From a virus, in IMG/VR virus record IMGVR_UViG_3300010883_000011, positions 21,773 to 85,772 of that record: 64,000 nt of DNA, one strand, 5' to 3'. Both the position numbers and the translations under genes were made by a program. Below, piece by piece: positions 30,922 through 41,759 of this stretch (the first letter of the stretch is position 1; the number at the start of each line of letters is the position of its first letter). The notes under the pieces were generated by a model that saw only the letters and a list, made by a program, of their open reading frames with translations, had not been told where the DNA came from and did no database searches.

Positions 30922-32523
30922 ATGTTGATTCTCATTCGATCTGGCTTGCAGATACCCAAAGAGCATCTGACTCCAGAGATAGACCGCGCACTGCGTACCC
31001 GTTTGTGCAAACCCAACCCGGCTTATGAGTCGAGTCAGCGATATGGCCGGTACACAGGGAACATGGAGCGGCTGCTTTGCTTCTACGAAGAACAGCCCGA
31101 TCATCTTAGGATTCCCAGGGGCGCATTAGGGCTGGTAAGAGAAACGCTTGCCAGATTTGGTATCGTGCCAGACTTCGATTCTGGTGTTCATACAAACACG
31201 ATGCGCTCCGTACCCATCGAGGACTTTGACGTGGAGTTACGCCCGTATCAACGGGACTGTGTTGAGGCCATGCACAGCCGGGTTCAGGGTGTCGTTCAAA
31301 TGCCATGTGGTTCTGGTAAAACAACTACTGGTGCGGTTGCTCTTTTATCTACTGGAGAACCTGGGTTGGTTCTCGTACATACAGAAGACATCCAGCAACA
31401 ATGGGTCCAGGCAATCACCGAGCTTACGGCAGGGGATCGGCCCCGCATAATCCAAGGCAAAGGAAGCAACCTGAAGCCCCTGCGACCGGGGGAAATTGCG
31501 GTCGCTATGGTGCAGACCCTTGCAGGGGCTCGTCAAGTGAGGCAACTCATGCAAAGCGTAGGTGCATTGATCACAGACGAAGCCCACCATGTACCAGCGA
31601 ATCAATGGAGGCCCATTGTAGATCTCTGTCCTGCTCGGTACAGGTGGGGACTGACAGCGACACCAGACCGCGCCGATGGTCTTGGCTTTATGCTCCACTT
31701 CTTGATGGGTCCTACGATTTTCAAGATCGGGACAAACGAGCTTATCCGTCAGGGCTACTTGTTCAGGCCGCACATTATTCCGGTGGCGTCGGGATGGGAG
31801 CCTGGGGACGACCTATACCCAGCTAACGTGCCCTGTTATAGCTGCGGTGCCAGAGTCCAAGTTGTACCCGCTCGACACACAAGAGAGGGAACGACCTGTC
31901 CGAAGTGCAACAACTACCTTTCATCGCAATCGGACACTGAACGCGGAAGGCTCAACTATAGCAAAGCGGTCACGGTTTCGTCGAAAGACAAAGATCGAAT
32001 GGCGCTAATCTCCGATCTCACGGAAGCTGCTGTTGCTGATGGTCGCACGGTCCTGGTGTTGGTACCCAGGAAGCAGGCCGTTTGGAGCCTCGTAAAACGC
32101 CTGGAGTCGCGTGGAATCATCGCTATAGGGATAACGTCACAAGACGGAAAGGAACTACGCAGCAACAAACTGCGTGACGCAAGAGCGGGTCGGGTGGAGG
32201 CTGTGGTGGCGACACAGCTTGCAGACGAGGGGCTGGACCTGCCAAGGCTCGACTGCGCCATCAACACGAGCGCGGGAAGAAGCAAGGGACGGGCGCGGCA
32301 GAGAGTTGGTCGTACCCTGCGGCCTGTAGGCAAGACACCTATTGTCTTTGAACTGGTAGATGGTGGGGAGTTTCAAAGTCAATGGGACAGCCGAAAGCGT
32401 GCCTACATACAGGAATATGGGCCATGCGTACACGGTAGCGAGCCACTTGGATTGACGGAGGCCCTGGACGCTCTACGAGCCGTCAACGCCAAAAGCCAAA
32501 AACTGTCCGGGGTAGGTTTTTAG
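30922..32523 (+). CDS. Superfamily 2 (DEAH, SSL2/UvsW-like) helicase with zinc-ribbon insert
   Basis: LRPYQ, PCGSGKT, DEAHH, GLTATP, EGLDLP, QRVGR; CYSC...CPKC insert. Confidence 0.92.
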   Translation: MLILIRSGLQIPKEHLTPEIDRALRTRLCKPNPAYESSQRYGRYTGNMERLLCFYEEQPDHLRIPRGALGLVRETLARFGIVPDFDSGVHTNTMRSVPIEDFDVELRPYQRDCVEAMHSRVQGVVQMPCGSGKTTTGAVALLSTGEPGLVLVHTEDIQQQWVQAITELTAGDRPRIIQGKGSNLKPLRPGEIAVAMVQTLAGARQVRQLMQSVGALITDEAHHVPANQWRPIVDLCPARYRWGLTATPDRADGLGFMLHFLMGPTIFKIGTNELIRQGYLFRPHIIPVASGWEPGDDLYPANVPCYSCGARVQVVPARHTREGTTCPKCNNYLSSQSDTERGRLNYSKAVTVSSKDKDRMALISDLTEAAVADGRTVLVLVPRKQAVWSLVKRLESRGIIAIGITSQDGKELRSNKLRDARAGRVEAVVATQLADEGLDLPRLDCAINTSAGRSKGRARQRVGRTLRPVGKTPIVFELVDGGEFQSQWDSRKRAYIQEYGPCVHGSEPLGLTEALDALRAVNAKSQKLSGVGF

Positions 32524-32583
32524 GTCGGTTCAGATACTTGATCTGGGGCTATAACGAAACACACCGACAGCACCGGACAGGAA

Positions 32584-33858
32584 ATGAAACTGGTTCTACC
32601 CCGCTATGAAGATACCCCCGTTCTCGGTCTACCAGACCGAGCATGGCCCATCACCAACAGTGAACGGATGGGGGCTGCTTGTCCTCGCAAGTACCTGTTC
32701 AGCTATATCGAAGGGCTGCGTGCCAAGGTAGACGCTACCCCCCTGCGGTGGGGTACCGCATGGCATCTCGTCATGGAAACGATCTATGGCTACTGGAAAG
32801 AACGAGACGAGCCATGTCCGATGTCTCGTGTCGAGCGCGTTCTGTACGACATAGACCAGGAGTGGACGATGAATGTCGGCCAGGGCTTGTTGGACGCAGA
32901 GGACACCAAGAAGGATCTTCAGCGGCTGCGTCGGTGTGTCCAGGGTTGGATTCATGTATATGGTCTTGACCCGCTGGAAAACTTTGAAGTCATCGCCGTG
33001 GAGCTTGCGGTATCGCGGCCCGTTCTCAATCCGTCTAGCGGCAAGCCCTACTGTCCCTCTATGTGGGTGGTTGAGCAAAACGGCGTCTATCGGCCAGCCC
33101 GCACCACGGAAAGGTGGACCGCCCAGACAGGTGACACCACAGTCAAGCGTGTCCAGTGGCCTATGTACCAAGTCGGCAGGCTCGACTTTGTCTTACGGCA
33201 CCGCCACACCGGGACCATCTGGGGCGGCGACCACAAGACCAGCAGTCGACCAGAATCCTATCTCCAGGGGTTGTCCGTTGACCCGCAGATGCCTGGATAT
33301 ATGTGGATGCTGGAAGGGTGCGTGCGGCGTGGTCTGTTGGAGGGCGTTGATCCACAGTCTCGCATCGGTGGGTTCTTTTATGAGGTCGCGTATAGTGGGA
33401 TGCAACACGATCCAGATCTATTGAAATCTGGCAAACTCTCTACCGCGAGAAAGAGGAAGACACCTTCTTGGCGTTTTGAGATGACGGCAAAAGCCCTTGG
33501 ACTCCCGCTCGCGGAATACGATGAACACCTCCGGTACCTCATGGACTCTATTGATCCGGGGTTCTATCTGCGAGAATGGATGACGGTAGGACCGGAACAG
33601 CGGCACCGTTATTCAAAAGAAATCTTTGCAGAGGCAAAGAGGCTTTCAGGTTTGCGTCGCCTCGCGGCACAGTCCAAATCCGAAGAGACATACGAGACTC
33701 ACCCGAGAGTGCCTGTATGTAGACTGCCTGGAGGGTCGTGTATTTATCGCGGTCCTTGTTTCGAAGACGGGGTCAACGCCCGCGCAAATTTCAATCTGGC
33801 CCCATCTATCACCTGGAACATCAACAAGTCCACCACAGGAGACTCCAATGGACAATAG
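32584..33858 (+). CDS. PD-(D/E)xK exonuclease (RecB/Cas4-like)
   Basis: CPRKY, GTAWH, GRLD, DHKT, Q..GY and C-terminal Cys cluster. Confidence 0.85.
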   Translation: MKLVLPRYEDTPVLGLPDRAWPITNSERMGAACPRKYLFSYIEGLRAKVDATPLRWGTAWHLVMETIYGYWKERDEPCPMSRVERVLYDIDQEWTMNVGQGLLDAEDTKKDLQRLRRCVQGWIHVYGLDPLENFEVIAVELAVSRPVLNPSSGKPYCPSMWVVEQNGVYRPARTTERWTAQTGDTTVKRVQWPMYQVGRLDFVLRHRHTGTIWGGDHKTSSRPESYLQGLSVDPQMPGYMWMLEGCVRRGLLEGVDPQSRIGGFFYEVAYSGMQHDPDLLKSGKLSTARKRKTPSWRFEMTAKALGLPLAEYDEHLRYLMDSIDPGFYLREWMTVGPEQRHRYSKEIFAEAKRLSGLRRLAAQSKSEETYETHPRVPVCRLPGGSCIYRGPCFEDGVNARANFNLAPSITWNINKSTTGDSNGQ

Positions 33859-34642
33859 CCCACAAGAACCCGCGCCTAACGGCGCACAGAAGAAAGAACA
33901 GAAGAAACCCCTTTTTCAAACCGCTGGCGAGATCGCCCTTGAGTTTCCCTTCAAGGTGATGCTCTTTGGGGATTCTGGTGCTGGGAAGACCTGGGCTGCT
34001 GCGACTGCACCGAAGCCTTGTTTCCTCTTGACCGAACGGAACGGTCTTCATTCCATTCGTGCTTGCAATCCAGATGCGCTTGTTCGCTACTGTGAATCTG
34101 CAAACGATATCCGTGAGGTGCTGATGATGGCACAGAATGGTGAGTTGCAGAGTCATGGCGTGGAAACGCTTGTGGTGGATTCGTTGACGGAGGTTCAACG
34201 GATCTTCCAAGACGAGATCCTGAAAAAGAAGCGTGGGTCTGGTGGGGAGGACGCCATGCAGCTTCAAGACTGGATGACCCTGACCGAAACAATGAGACGC
34301 TTCATTCGGTGCATTCGTGACCTTGACATCCACGTTGTTGCTACTGCGCTCGTTGAGTTCAAGCATGACGAGGCCAACGGGGTATCGAGGGTTTGTCCCG
34401 CATTTCAGGGGCAGAAGCTCCACAACGAAGTGGCACAGTTTTTCAATGTCGTTGGCTTCATCTTCCGCCGGGAGGCAAAGGATGATGATGGGAATGTGTC
34501 CATCGAGCGGGCCGTGATGCTGGAAGGTCCGAGCCGCTATGTTGTGAAGCCCTGTGCGCCCCTTCTTGGAATTCGTGAGCCGGATCTTGGCAAGTGGTTT
34601 GCCGATGTCCAAAACTTCAACACCAACCAACCGGAGAACTAA
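33848..34642 (+). CDS. Sak4-like AAA ATPase recombinase
   Basis: FGDSGAGKT, LVVDSLT; between exonuclease and SSB-like gene. Confidence 0.8.
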   Translation: MDNSPQEPAPNGAQKKEQKKPLFQTAGEIALEFPFKVMLFGDSGAGKTWAAATAPKPCFLLTERNGLHSIRACNPDALVRYCESANDIREVLMMAQNGELQSHGVETLVVDSLTEVQRIFQDEILKKKRGSGGEDAMQLQDWMTLTETMRRFIRCIRDLDIHVVATALVEFKHDEANGVSRVCPAFQGQKLHNEVAQFFNVVGFIFRREAKDDDGNVSIERAVMLEGPSRYVVKPCAPLLGIREPDLGKWFADVQNFNTNQPEN

Positions 34643-34643
34643 T

Positions 34644-35253
34644 CGTGGCACTCATTGATCCGAACGCCCTCGCGGGCGAGAACAGCACCAAGTCAGAGGT
34701 ACGCAAATGCGGCTCTGGTCGAAAAACACTGGTACCCGTTGGGTACGAACACCGCACAGCCGGTGAGAAACCTGTAGTGGACATCAGGTATGTCTGCGTC
34801 GAAGACCACGAAGGCAACGGGGACGAGGGAGCAGAGGTGACCGACACCTTCTGGCTCAACTCTCCGTCGTTGTGGGTGATCGCCAGTTGGGCGCTTGCTA
34901 TGGGTCAGGTCGAACCATTCGATCCAGAAGTCGGTGAAGACTTGACGAAGGTACTGATGCGTGGCGCTGTCACCGCACAGGTCGGCGTCACCGAGAGGAA
35001 CGGGTACACCGGCCATGAGATCAAGGCCAAGGCGTACACCAAGGCAAGCATCGAGACGGACCCCGCGACACAACAGCCCAACTACACCTCTGCTCAACGC
35101 GATATGATCGCAGCAGCCGAGAAGAGGTGGACTGGCTACCTCCGCTGGCGCTCACAGAACCCAAGAGGCGGAAACGCCCCTACGGGCTCTACGCAGCAAG
35201 GAAGCACCAGTGGAGCAAGTGCCCAGACAGACTACTCGGACATCCCGTTCTAG
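34644..35253 (+). CDS. Single-stranded DNA-binding protein-like
   Basis: Flexible tail ending DYSDIPF; next to Sak4. Confidence 0.65.
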
Positions 35254-35842
35254 CGGCTATGCCATTGGGGTCGACCCTGGGAAAGAGGGTGCGGCGGTAG
35301 TGTTGCTCGGCAGGTCGGCTGTCGCAGCCGCATGTTGGAAACAAGTGAAACGCCAACGCAAGTCGGTGTTTGAGTTCAAGCTGGCAACACCTGAACAGCT
35401 TGTTTCCGTCGAGTACCTACCCCGCGCTTCGGCTGTTGGACAGTCGCTTTGCCAGTTCCTTCGTGCCTTTAGTATTGGAGAATCCTTACTTGCTTGTGAA
35501 GACATCTTTTTCAGTAAGAATGTCCGTAGCGCCGTATCGCTGGCGCGAACAGCAGGCGAAGTAGTTGGGGTTCTTGAGAACCATCTGGACACCAAGTCCG
35601 AATGGGTCATGGCCGGGGAGTGGCGGTACGACATTCTCGGCCTCGCCAGAAACACCAAGAGGGAGATAGCCAAGGCGGCTTCTCTCAAACTATTGCCTGC
35701 GAGGGTCAAGTTGCTCGATCAGATTTTGGATCGGGTCGGGAAACTTGACCACGTTACCGACGCGGCTGGCGTAGCCGCTTGGGTGCAGGCACAGGAAACC
35801 AGCAGGAACAATGAACATGTCTACAATTCGCGTGTCTTCTGA
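35210..35842 (+). CDS. ruvC: RuvC-like Holliday junction resolvase
   Basis: IGVDPG..G, ACED, W....G...K, DH..DA. Confidence 0.75.
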   Translation: MEQVPRQTTRTSRSSGYAIGVDPGKEGAAVVLLGRSAVAAACWKQVKRQRKSVFEFKLATPEQLVSVEYLPRASAVGQSLCQFLRAFSIGESLLACEDIFFSKNVRSAVSLARTAGEVVGVLENHLDTKSEWVMAGEWRYDILGLARNTKREIAKAASLKLLPARVKLLDQILDRVGKLDHVTDAAGVAAWVQAQETSRNNEHVYNSRVF

Positions 35843-36200
35843 GGACATAGAAAAGGTCTTTGAGAAATGGCGTAGCCACCAGAAACGCCCCCACCTCTGT
35901 CGCCTCACAGAAGATCGGAAAGATCTAATTCGAAAACGAATGCGCCTCGGCTATTCAGTCGATGACTTCTTGGCGTTGATTGAGTACGCGTACCGGTCCA
36001 ACGATCCCGGTCCCCGGTGGTGGCGCGGCGAGAACCCCAACACCAGAACGTATTTAGGCGTTGACAACCTCTTTAGAAAAGAGCCGCTTGCAAGCCGGAT
36101 TGAAGCCGCCCTGAACTGGCAAGAGGATGGGTCGCACACCGTAGAGGAACAGGACGACAACTTCGGTCCGTTTCGCCTTATAAGTGGCGGGAAGCCGTGA
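35811..36200 (+). CDS. Replication organiser C-terminal-like protein
   Basis: LT..RK..I..R...GYS..D....I, W.GEN....Y...D.LFR. Confidence 0.5.
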   Translation: MNMSTIRVSSEDIEKVFEKWRSHQKRPHLCRLTEDRKDLIRKRMRLGYSVDDFLALIEYAYRSNDPGPRWWRGENPNTRTYLGVDNLFRKEPLASRIEAALNWQEDGSHTVEEQDDNFGPFRLISGGKP

Positions 36201-38119
36201 GTGGCGGGACTTGGCTGGAACAAGTCAAGCGAACCGCCGTTTCCGACGCTGGGCGCGCTTTGGGTCTACACCCTGGCAGGATGGGTAGCCTCGGCCCTTG
36301 TCCCGCCTGTAAAGCCCCCAAGAGGGGTTCGTCGGACCCACGCGGGCCAATCGGGGTGGGAGGATCTGGGCAGGCGTGGGAGTGCTTCCGTTGTCACGCG
36401 AAGGGAGACGTGGTTGATCTTGTTTCCCATATTCAGGCCGGTTGTCGTTTCCGAGAGGCTTCACCGGAAGCGAGACAGTCTGTACGGGACTTGTGCTTCC
36501 GTATGAAGTGGTGCGACGACAAGCCGGTCCCGGTTCAGTCTATCGCAAGAATCACAGGACGAGGTACACCAGACGCCAGCGTCGTTTCCCATGCGTCGGA
36601 GTCTGCGCCCGAGACTGGTTCCTTTGCGTGGCGAGACAACCTCCACGGACAGGCCGTGCATACGCTTCACAACACCCAAGAGGGGGAGCAGGTTTGCAAG
36701 TACCTACGGGAACGCGGTTTTGAACAGTGGATTCTCGATGACTATGGCCTTGGCGCACTTGTCATAGACTCGCAGACGTGGCTTGTGATTCCTTTGCGTG
36801 ACGCCAAGGGAACCGTGGTCAATCTACGATTTCGTTCTATTCCTCCCGCGAAGAAAACATACAGAGTATGCCCAGGACGACCACTCCCTCTCTTTGGTGG
36901 GGACTGCCTCTCGGCAGATACCAGCGCAGAAGTCTTGATAGCTGAAGGGGAGTTGGACGTTCTCGCTCTCTACCAGTACGGTTATCAAACAAACTGTGTA
37001 AGTGGAACCGCAGGGGCGTCGGCAAACTGGAAAGAGTCCTGGCTGGATTTACTGGAGCCATATTCATCGTTTGTCTTGTGCTACGACGACGACGAAGCAG
37101 GAGAGGCTGGGGCGAAGAAGCTCTCTACGAAGCTCGGAGACTACCGATGCAGTCGAGCCAAGTTCCCTCACAACGATGCAAATGATTGTTTGATGTTGGG
37201 TGTAAAGACCCAGAGCATCGTTGACTCTATTGCAAACGCAGCCCCCATGATCGGGGTGTCGTTGCTACGCGTTCACCAATTTACCGAGGATTTGGAAAAG
37301 CTCATCACTAATCCAGACGACTTGGTTGGTAGACCTACTGGCTCGCTCAAGCTGGACAAGCTGCTTGGCGGTGTTCGGCCCGGTCTGTGGGTGTTCACCG
37401 GGGAGACAGGGCACGGAAAGACCACCTTCGCCACTTGGCTTATACGAGAACAAGCCCTGCTCGGCGTGCCTGTCATGCTTACGTCCTTTGAACAGCGACC
37501 TATCGGTACGGTCCAGAAGCTACTTCGAAGCCAAATGGGAGGAGACTTCCTAAAACATACAGTGGAGGAACGTCGAGAGGCGTTAGCCGAGTTGGGGCGA
37601 TTGCCGATCTTCATCATGGATCATTATGGCGAAGCGTCCGCGGAGAAAATCGTAGACACCCTTCGCTACGCCAGAAGAAGACACGGGGTACAGGTGGCGC
37701 TCATTGATCATCTTGGATTCTTGACCAGGGGATCCGGTGACAGGGAGCGGCAGGCTATCGAAGAAGTGGTCAGGACATTGGCCCTAAACGCGGTTCAAGA
37801 CGGCATTACTATAATCTTGATCTGCCACCCGAATCGTACCTTCTCCGCACAGCAACGGCGTGTCCTGATATCAGATCTCAAAGGCGCATCTGCCATCGAG
37901 CAGGACTCCCACGTTGGGTTGGTTATCGAGCGGCAGGCAATAGTCTCCACAAGGGGGTTTCCGGCAGCGAAGATTTACGTCGACAAGGTGAGATCAGAAT
38001 TCGGGTCGCCCGGCGGACATATTCTGCTTCCATTCGATCCGTTGGCGTGCGTCTATTCGGACACCTGGGAGGACACCCCAAGCGGAATGAGTGGCCTAAA
38101 GCCTGTTTCTCCATGTTGA
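36197..38119 (+). CDS. Primase-helicase (Zn finger, TOPRIM, SF4 helicase; T7 gp4/Twinkle-like)
   Basis: CPAC...CFRC, EGELD, YDDDEAG, DAND, GETGHGKT, IDHL, DLKGAS.IEQD. Confidence 0.92.
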   Translation: MSGGTWLEQVKRTAVSDAGRALGLHPGRMGSLGPCPACKAPKRGSSDPRGPIGVGGSGQAWECFRCHAKGDVVDLVSHIQAGCRFREASPEARQSVRDLCFRMKWCDDKPVPVQSIARITGRGTPDASVVSHASESAPETGSFAWRDNLHGQAVHTLHNTQEGEQVCKYLRERGFEQWILDDYGLGALVIDSQTWLVIPLRDAKGTVVNLRFRSIPPAKKTYRVCPGRPLPLFGGDCLSADTSAEVLIAEGELDVLALYQYGYQTNCVSGTAGASANWKESWLDLLEPYSSFVLCYDDDEAGEAGAKKLSTKLGDYRCSRAKFPHNDANDCLMLGVKTQSIVDSIANAAPMIGVSLLRVHQFTEDLEKLITNPDDLVGRPTGSLKLDKLLGGVRPGLWVFTGETGHGKTTFATWLIREQALLGVPVMLTSFEQRPIGTVQKLLRSQMGGDFLKHTVEERREALAELGRLPIFIMDHYGEASAEKIVDTLRYARRRHGVQVALIDHLGFLTRGSGDRERQAIEEVVRTLALNAVQDGITIILICHPNRTFSAQQRRVLISDLKGASAIEQDSHVGLVIERQAIVSTRGFPAAKIYVDKVRSEFGSPGGHILLPFDPLACVYSDTWEDTPSGMSGLKPVSPC

Positions 38120-38171
38120 TCGCGTTACGGTTGGCCGCCAGATTGCTAAAACGAAACGAGGATTTCACCCC

Positions 38172-39071
38172 ATGATTATCGATCTCACAGAGCGCACGAC
38201 CGAAGGGCAGGGCATGTTGTCGCGGATTGCTGTCAGAAGAGACGGGACCAGCGAGGACGACTTGCTCTTTGACGCCGACATTGGATTCGAAATTCAATCG
38301 AGCGACGACGCGAAGATCATTAGTAAACTCATCCCAGGCGCCAGCGAGTTGTACGAACAGGTAGAGGCGGGTGACGAGCGTAAGACAACTATTCGTGCAT
38401 CCCTGGCCGACCGGAGCGTCCACGTTGAGCTTTGTGATCTGAATGGTGAGGTGTTGGCGGCTGGACCGACAGAGATTCGGTCGGTTGTCTACAAGGCTGA
38501 TCCGGTCGCAGTTTATATGACCGTGAGGTTCCGGTTCTTTGGTATCTCGGAGGACAAGTCTGGTCAGATTGTCAACGCTCTCGGTCGCCGTGTCGCTGTG
38601 CTCGCGGAGCATCTACAGCAGGTTTTCGACTATGCCAACCCAGGAGATACTCCCATAGCTGAAAGAAGCCCAGACATGAACGATGTGGTGACTTTTCAGA
38701 ATGGAGAGGACCACGAATTCGGCATGGTCGTTGGGGAGGGGAACGGGCAGATCGAGGTATCCAATTTTACAAGCGTCAAGACCATTGATGACTCTACTGT
38801 CGTGTCCCGAATCTCTGTGACCGGGGAGGCGGGTGTGCCGCTGGCAACGACACTGATGAACTACCACATGGAATGCAGGACAATGGATGTCATCCCTAAC
38901 TGGCAGTGGTTGTTGCTTGCGCTTGGGGAAACCTATGCGACCGCAGAAGAAACAGAGGCTCCGTTGGTCATCGATGGCGCCGTGATTGCACTTGCTGTGT
39001 CGCGGGCAAGGTCAGTGCTGACCCCAGACTTCTCGGACAAGGATCGCTCCGGTGAAGCACAGAGTCATTAG
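38172..39071 (+). CDS. Hypothetical protein
   Basis: 299-aa ORF with GAGG SD. Confidence 0.6.
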   Translation: MIIDLTERTTEGQGMLSRIAVRRDGTSEDDLLFDADIGFEIQSSDDAKIISKLIPGASELYEQVEAGDERKTTIRASLADRSVHVELCDLNGEVLAAGPTEIRSVVYKADPVAVYMTVRFRFFGISEDKSGQIVNALGRRVAVLAEHLQQVFDYANPGDTPIAERSPDMNDVVTFQNGEDHEFGMVVGEGNGQIEVSNFTSVKTIDDSTVVSRISVTGEAGVPLATTLMNYHMECRTMDVIPNWQWLLLALGETYATAEETEAPLVIDGAVIALAVSRARSVLTPDFSDKDRSGEAQSH

Positions 39072-39330
39072 AGATATGGACTACTTTGACCCAGACGCAA
39101 GCCCGGCAAGGATGGTTACTATCAAGCAGGGCACTGTGATTGAACAGGTGCCGTTGAGTAGCCTGACTCACGCCGAAATGGGCGCCTATGAACGAGAGGG
39201 AAGGGCTCATGCTGGCAATGCCCGCCCCGTAGCGTTTCGATGGGATGGTCATGTTCGGATAGCTTCAACGATTGTTGATCTTGAACCGGTTTCTCGTTCG
39301 TCCATATCCGCTGGAGTGGTTAGACATTAG
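39052..39330 (+). CDS. Hypothetical protein
   Basis: Operonic ORF. Confidence 0.45.
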   Translation: MKHRVIRDMDYFDPDASPARMVTIKQGTVIEQVPLSSLTHAEMGAYEREGRAHAGNARPVAFRWDGHVRIASTIVDLEPVSRSSISAGVVRH

Positions 39331-39360
39331 CACCGCGAAACGAGTCCCAGGAGGACCTAA

Positions 39361-39615
39361 GTGGCGAATTGTAGACTGTATAAACTTGACGCAAGAGATC
39401 TGGATCGCGCAGTAGACGATCCAGCGTTGACCGCTATTCTTAGGCAGGGCTGGTCAGTAGTTGCTCCAGTTGCCTTAGAGGACAAAGGAGTGGTGTCGGT
39501 CGCGCTGATCTTGGCACCACCGCCCCCATTGGATTGGAAGAGAGGGCTTCTGCTCGGACTCTCTGTAGCTATAGGCTCGTTGGTTGGTGGATTCCTTCAT
39601 GGGGTTCTCTTGTGA
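39361..39615 (+). CDS. Small membrane protein
   Basis: AGGAGG SD; C-terminal TM helix. Confidence 0.55.
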   Translation: MANCRLYKLDARDLDRAVDDPALTAILRQGWSVVAPVALEDKGVVSVALILAPPPPLDWKRGLLLGLSVAIGSLVGGFLHGVLL

Positions 39616-40283
39616 TTATCAAAGAGATCTTTCCCACGCTCCAGGGGGAGGGTAGCAAGGCTGGTCGGCCTGCTGTCTTCATTCGGTTGGCTGGCTGCAA
39701 TCTGTGGTCTGGAAAGGAAGCGGGGCGTTCTACAGGGAAAGGCACTTGTGCGTTGTGGTGTGACACAGACTTCGTCGGCGGAACCAAATACAACACTCAA
39801 GAACTTTGGGAAACGGTGAATAATCTGATGCAGGGATGGGCCGCCCCATTCGTTGTCATCACGGGCGGGGAGCCAGGGCTACAGCTTCAAAAACCCGAAA
39901 ACCGCGAAACCGTTACCTTCCTTCTTGAACGTGATGTTGCCGTCGCTGTGGAAACCAATGGCACGATATCATGTGTCGCTTTCGATCTCTTGATGGACTT
40001 TCCTAACGGACACCTCACTGTCAGCCCAAAGATGTTGGGCAACGATATCGAAAGCCTCCACCATATCGTTCAGCGTCGCGGTACAGATCTCAAAGTGGTC
40101 GTTCCGAGTGAAGCGGCCCTGCATCTTTCTGAAATGGATACCTGGGACTTTGAACACAAGTACATCCAACCGCTGGACATAGGGGACACCGGAAGCGAGG
40201 CTTTGCCATCGTGCATGGGTGTCGCACAGGGTCTTGGGTGGTCTGTGTCGGTACAAACACACAAACTGATAGGTCTACCATGA
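39612..40283 (+). CDS. queE: 7-carboxy-7-deazaguanine synthase (radical SAM)
   Basis: [26 protein letters not shown] (Cx14Cx2C variant), TGGEP, ETNG, SVQTHK. Confidence 0.95.
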   Translation: MIIKEIFPTLQGEGSKAGRPAVFIRLAGCNLWSGKEAGRSTGKGTCALWCDTDFVGGTKYNTQELWETVNNLMQGWAAPFVVITGGEPGLQLQKPENRETVTFLLERDVAVAVETNGTISCVAFDLLMDFPNGHLTVSPKMLGNDIESLHHIVQRRGTDLKVVVPSEAALHLSEMDTWDFEHKYIQPLDIGDTGSEALPSCMGVAQGLGWSVSVQTHKLIGLP

Positions 40284-40864
40284 ACGAGAAACCTTCAAGA
40301 GAAGCAGCAGAAGAAGCAGTCAGAACCCTCCTGCGGTACGCAGGCGACAACCCAGACAGGGAGGGGCTGGCCGGGACACCGGGCCGGGTGGTACGCGGCT
40401 ATGACGAATGGTTCGGCGGGTACCGCCAAGACCCTGTGTCGCTGATGTCTACCACCTTCGAAGAAATCGAAGGGTATGACGAGATCGTCGCTCTACGAGA
40501 CATTCGGCTGGAGTCCCATTGTGAACACCACATGGTTCCGATCATTGGCAAGGTTCATGTTGCGTACCTACCGACCAATCGGGTCGTTGGCATTTCCAAG
40601 CTGGCGCGGGTGGTAGAGGCGTATGGAAAACGTCTTCAGATACAAGAGGTCTTGACAACCCAAATCGCCGACGCAATCGAGGAAGCTCTTGAGCCACGGG
40701 GGGTGGCGGTCGTCATTGAAGCATCGCACATGTGCATGTCCACTCGGGGCGTCAGAAAGCACGGCGTGTCAATGTGGACTTCGGCTATGCGTGGCGTGTT
40801 CAGAGATAAACCAGAAGCCCGCCAGGAGGTTCTTTCTCTTCTTGGCGTCAGCCGATTGCGCTAA
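40280..40864 (+). CDS. folE: GTP cyclohydrolase I
   Basis: REGL..TP.RV, SHCEHH, GISKLAR, RLQIQE, HMCM..RGV. Confidence 0.97.
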   Translation: MNEKPSREAAEEAVRTLLRYAGDNPDREGLAGTPGRVVRGYDEWFGGYRQDPVSLMSTTFEEIEGYDEIVALRDIRLESHCEHHMVPIIGKVHVAYLPTNRVVGISKLARVVEAYGKRLQIQEVLTTQIADAIEEALEPRGVAVVIEASHMCMSTRGVRKHGVSMWTSAMRGVFRDKPEARQEVLSLLGVSRLR

Positions 40865-40888
40865 CCCCTACGCCACACTGGAGAACTT

Positions 40889-41632
40889 ATGGCACTTAGT
40901 ATGGGACATATAGACAACCAACACGAATCAGATCCTCGCTCCAAGCGAGCGATTGTTCTGCTGTCGGGTGGGCAGGACTCCACCACCTGTCTGTATTGGG
41001 CGCTGGATCGGTTTGAAACGGTACATGCACTCTCAATCAACTACGGACAGAAACACCACATCGAAAACGATGCCGCGAAGAAGATCGCTGAGATGGCAAA
41101 CGTGTCGTTGGAGATTCTGGATCTGCCCCGCCTTCTGGTTGGTACCAGCCCGCTTGTGAGTGATAATGAGCTTGGCAAATACGACAACGCAGAGGAGCTA
41201 CCGGGGGGGATTGAGCCAACCTTTGTCCCAGGACGCAACGCCCTGTTCCTCGTCATTGCCGCCAACCGCGCCATGGCAAAGGGCGCACGGCATATCGTGA
41301 CGGGCGTGTGCGAAGAAGACTATGGGGGCTATCCGGACTGCCGACAGGTCTTCATCACTTCAATGCAGAAGTCTATCGGGCTCGCCATGACTTCCAATGA
41401 AGCAGAGCTTGAGATCCATACACCGCTCATGTCCCTCAACAAGAAAGCCACCGTCTTTATGGCGCAGCGGTTCGACGGCTGCATGGACGCCATAGCGTGG
41501 TCGCATACCTGCTATGAGGGGTCGTGCCCGCCGTGTGGTGAGTGCCATGCGTGCATTCTACGCTCAAGAGGGTTTGAGCAGGCCGGGGTAGCAGATCCGC
41601 TTGTCGAACGATGCGAGGCCACAAATGTCTGA
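40889..41632 (+). CDS. queC: 7-cyano-7-deazaguanine synthase
   Basis: LLSGGQDSTTCL, YGQKH, FVPGRN, GYPDCR, TCY.G..PPCG.C.AC..R; no N-terminal GAT domain. Confidence 0.97.
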   Translation: MALSMGHIDNQHESDPRSKRAIVLLSGGQDSTTCLYWALDRFETVHALSINYGQKHHIENDAAKKIAEMANVSLEILDLPRLLVGTSPLVSDNELGKYDNAEELPGGIEPTFVPGRNALFLVIAANRAMAKGARHIVTGVCEEDYGGYPDCRQVFITSMQKSIGLAMTSNEAELEIHTPLMSLNKKATVFMAQRFDGCMDAIAWSHTCYEGSCPPCGECHACILRSRGFEQAGVADPLVERCEATNV

Positions 41633-41759
41633 AAAGATGAACGTCAATGAAGCGATGAGTGGTTGCCTAATGCTCTGCGCCAGCGCCAGCATCATGTTGC
41701 TGGGGATTGGAGGATTCGTTTTCCTTCTGTCCAAGTCTGGTTGTATTGGTGCCGGGTAG
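41625..41759 (+). CDS. 44-aa membrane peptide
   Basis: MSEKMNV...IMLLGIGGFVFLL fills the gap between queC and dpdA. Confidence 0.35.
   Translation: MSEKMNVNEAMSGCLMLCASASIMLLGIGGFVFLLSKSGCIGAG

Noticed and set aside
32584-33858. Cas4 as part of a CRISPR system
   Set aside because: Context with Sak4 and SSB indicates a phage recombination exonuclease
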